In this document: positions 62,213 through 64,000 of the stretch, piece by piece
Position numbering within the stretch: position 1 is the first letter of the stretch
How the letters are laid out: the number at the start of each line of letters is the position of its first letter
NCBI GenBank assembly: GCA_963693365.1
Contig: CAVNZM010000019.1
Span: 283,227 to 347,226, forward strand
Source of the DNA: Amoebidium appalachense
Taxonomy: Eukaryota; Protista; Ichthyosporea
Length of the DNA: 64,000 nucleotides
Direction of reading: 5' to 3'
The notes under the pieces: generated by a model
What the model saw: only the letters and a program-made list of their open reading frames with translations
Databases searched by the model: none
What the model was told of the DNA's origin: nothing
Position numbers and translations under genes: made by a program

Positions 62213-64000
62213 CCCCCCCCCCCTCAACGATGTGGTGTGTGTTTGTGTGTGTGTGTGTGGGGCCCCCCCCCCCTCAGATTGTGTGTGTGTGTGGTGTGTG
62301 TGTGTGTGTGGTCCCCCCCCCCCTCAACGATTGTGGTGTGTGTGTGTGTTGTGTGTGTGTGTGTGGGTCCCCCTCCCCCCCAACGATTTGTGGTGTGTGC
62401 CAACGATGTGGTGTGTGATGGTGTGAAAGCCAGCCCTAACACGGTTTCGGCTCGTGTCGGTGTCGCGTCCGCACCCACCCCCAGCCGAGAAGCCCCACAC
62501 CCACCATCTCCGAGGGAGCGGGGTGACCCCACCACAGCACGACAAAAGTTCACACACGCAGTTACACCAATGGGAGGGGAAGGGAGTGGGGAGAGGGGGG
62601 GAGGGCGACGTGTCTGTGGATGAGAGGGGGGGGCGCCAGCCGGAGGTCCCGTCGGCGGCCGAGCCAACGAACAACAGCGCCCACACAATGTCGGCACCGG
62701 GCGACACGAGCGGTGGAGGGGCGCACACGAGCCGGCCGGGCGTGCAAAGATGCGCAGGAGTGGTGCACGGGACGAGTGGAAGGGAGGGGAGGGGGGGCGG
62801 GGCATGCGAAACCTACCGGGGTGGGGGGGGGGCGGCAGCTGCACACGGGGAGTGGTCGAGGGGGGGTGTACGAATGAGAAATGGGCAGCCGACCGGCGCA
62901 TGCGTGTTCAAGGACTGTCTGCGATGCGGTAGTGTGTGCAGGAGCAGGCGGGATCCACACAGTCGGGCACGGGCGCGGGGAAGCGATGTGCCACAGCGCA
63001 CATGTGGGCAGGTGGGGGTCCCGTGGTGGTGGGTGGGGGTGGGTCTGGAAGGTCGGGAATGCACGTGAGGTGACGGGAACACGCCCAGAAGCGAAAGACA
63101 GGTCCACGCACGTAGGCGCTGGGCGTTGAGTAGTTGTGGGTGCGGCGGGCAAGCGGAAAGCACAGTGTGTGTCGCTGCGGCACGTGTCGCAGCAGCCCGG
63201 GAGGCCAGGAGGGCGGGATGGTGGGTTGACAGGGGAAAACACGCATGGCACAAACGGGGAACGCCGCGCACAAGGGTCAGGAGTGGTCACACCCACAGGA
63301 AAGTGCTACTGTGCTAGCTTTCCCCCCAGTGCCCGTGGCGTGTTCGAGAAGCTGCAGTGACACAAACATCAGAGGCGCACAGACACGAAGGTCCGTGCAG
63401 CGCGACACTCGCAGTAAACGGGGGGTGGTGGGGGGAGGTAGGGGGCGAGGGGGGAGAAAAGGCAAGAAGTAGCAGACACAGGTGAACGGCAGTCATGATG
63501 AGACAGTGGGGAACAAACTGATGGTGGTGTGACACAGCGCAACCCAGTTAGGGGCGTCGTGAATCCCCTGCGCTAACATGGGGGGATCGGAAGGGAAACA
63601 CAACTGTGGGGCAATCGCGATGGAAATCGGAAAACCCCCCCAGGAAATAAGACACACCAGAAGATAGGCGCGAGTGATGGGGGAAGATTGGATCATTAGA
63701 TTCCCCGACCGGCAGATCAGTACGTGGGAAAAACAAGACCGAGACACAGATCCGAGTTCGAACTAGGCAGCTCCAAACCCAGGCCCCCAACAGCAGCTCC
63801 AAGAGCACTGTGGGAGCGCACCTATGTCATCACCAGCCCCCAAACCGATCATGGCTCAACCGCAAAACATGCAAACGGCTAGTCTGTTTACCCCCCAGTC
63901 GCAAAAGAAAAAGAAACTACCGAAGCACATACACACCCGACCCACCGAAACCAAAGAAAAAGTACAACACGGACAAGTGTCCCTACAAGTCCAAGTCGTG
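59449..64000 (-). mobile_element. Module copy D, highly corrupted (probably low-accuracy sequence)
   Basis: Recognisable relics in B/C order: F-box start (agcaggtagtggtgccgaagaccagctgttgtgcgctg, ~60241), the 338-aa gene (~60700-61500), the Cys-rich gene (~62450-63450) and the small basic gene (ggacaagtgtccctac, ~63971). Confidence 0.65.

Noticed and set aside
59374-63808. Long GC-rich ORFs (up to 739 aa) and CAACGAAT pseudo-repeats
   Set aside because: The region is a corrupted copy of the module with homopolymer inflation, typical of low-accuracy reads. The ORFs are low-complexity artefacts.

Overview
Eukaryotic, (CA)n/(TG)n-rich DNA made up almost entirely of copies of one virus-like gene module. 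Copy A (+, ~3147-13671) and copy B (-, ~20422-31133) form a ~10.5-kb inverted repeat around a unique 6.75-kb spacer. Copy C (-, ~33000-48497) follows, then a very noisy copy D (~59449-64000), plus fragments. The shared module encodes: a spliced AntA/MSV199-like DNA-binding protein ending in a PIP-like box, NLS and SIM; a spliced Bro-N-like protein whose intron holds a conserved PPxY membrane micro-ORF; a small basic Cys protein; a Cys/His-rich protein; an orphan of ~330 aa; and an F-box-like protein starting MGxxxS. Variable cargo includes two D5/DUF5906-type SF3 helicases, PD-(D/E)XK nuclease/winged-helix fusions, C2H2 zinc fingers, a Bro-like/GIY-YIG-like protein and a BAG-domain protein. 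One helicase carries an N-terminal CRESS-Rep-like HUH domain that lacks the catalytic YxxK and lies next to palindromic 61-bp iteron-like repeats. Units end in a conserved ~38-bp motif that directly abuts (TG)n, and foldback elements and hairpins sit at junctions. I recognised no capsid, polB, integrase or transposase. The best hypothesis is an integrated or concatemeric, intron-containing nuclear replicon. All domain calls are by eye, without database searches, and several stretches (31230-33300, 36400-36600, 54660-54850, 55550-55950, 59449-64000) look like low-accuracy consensus.
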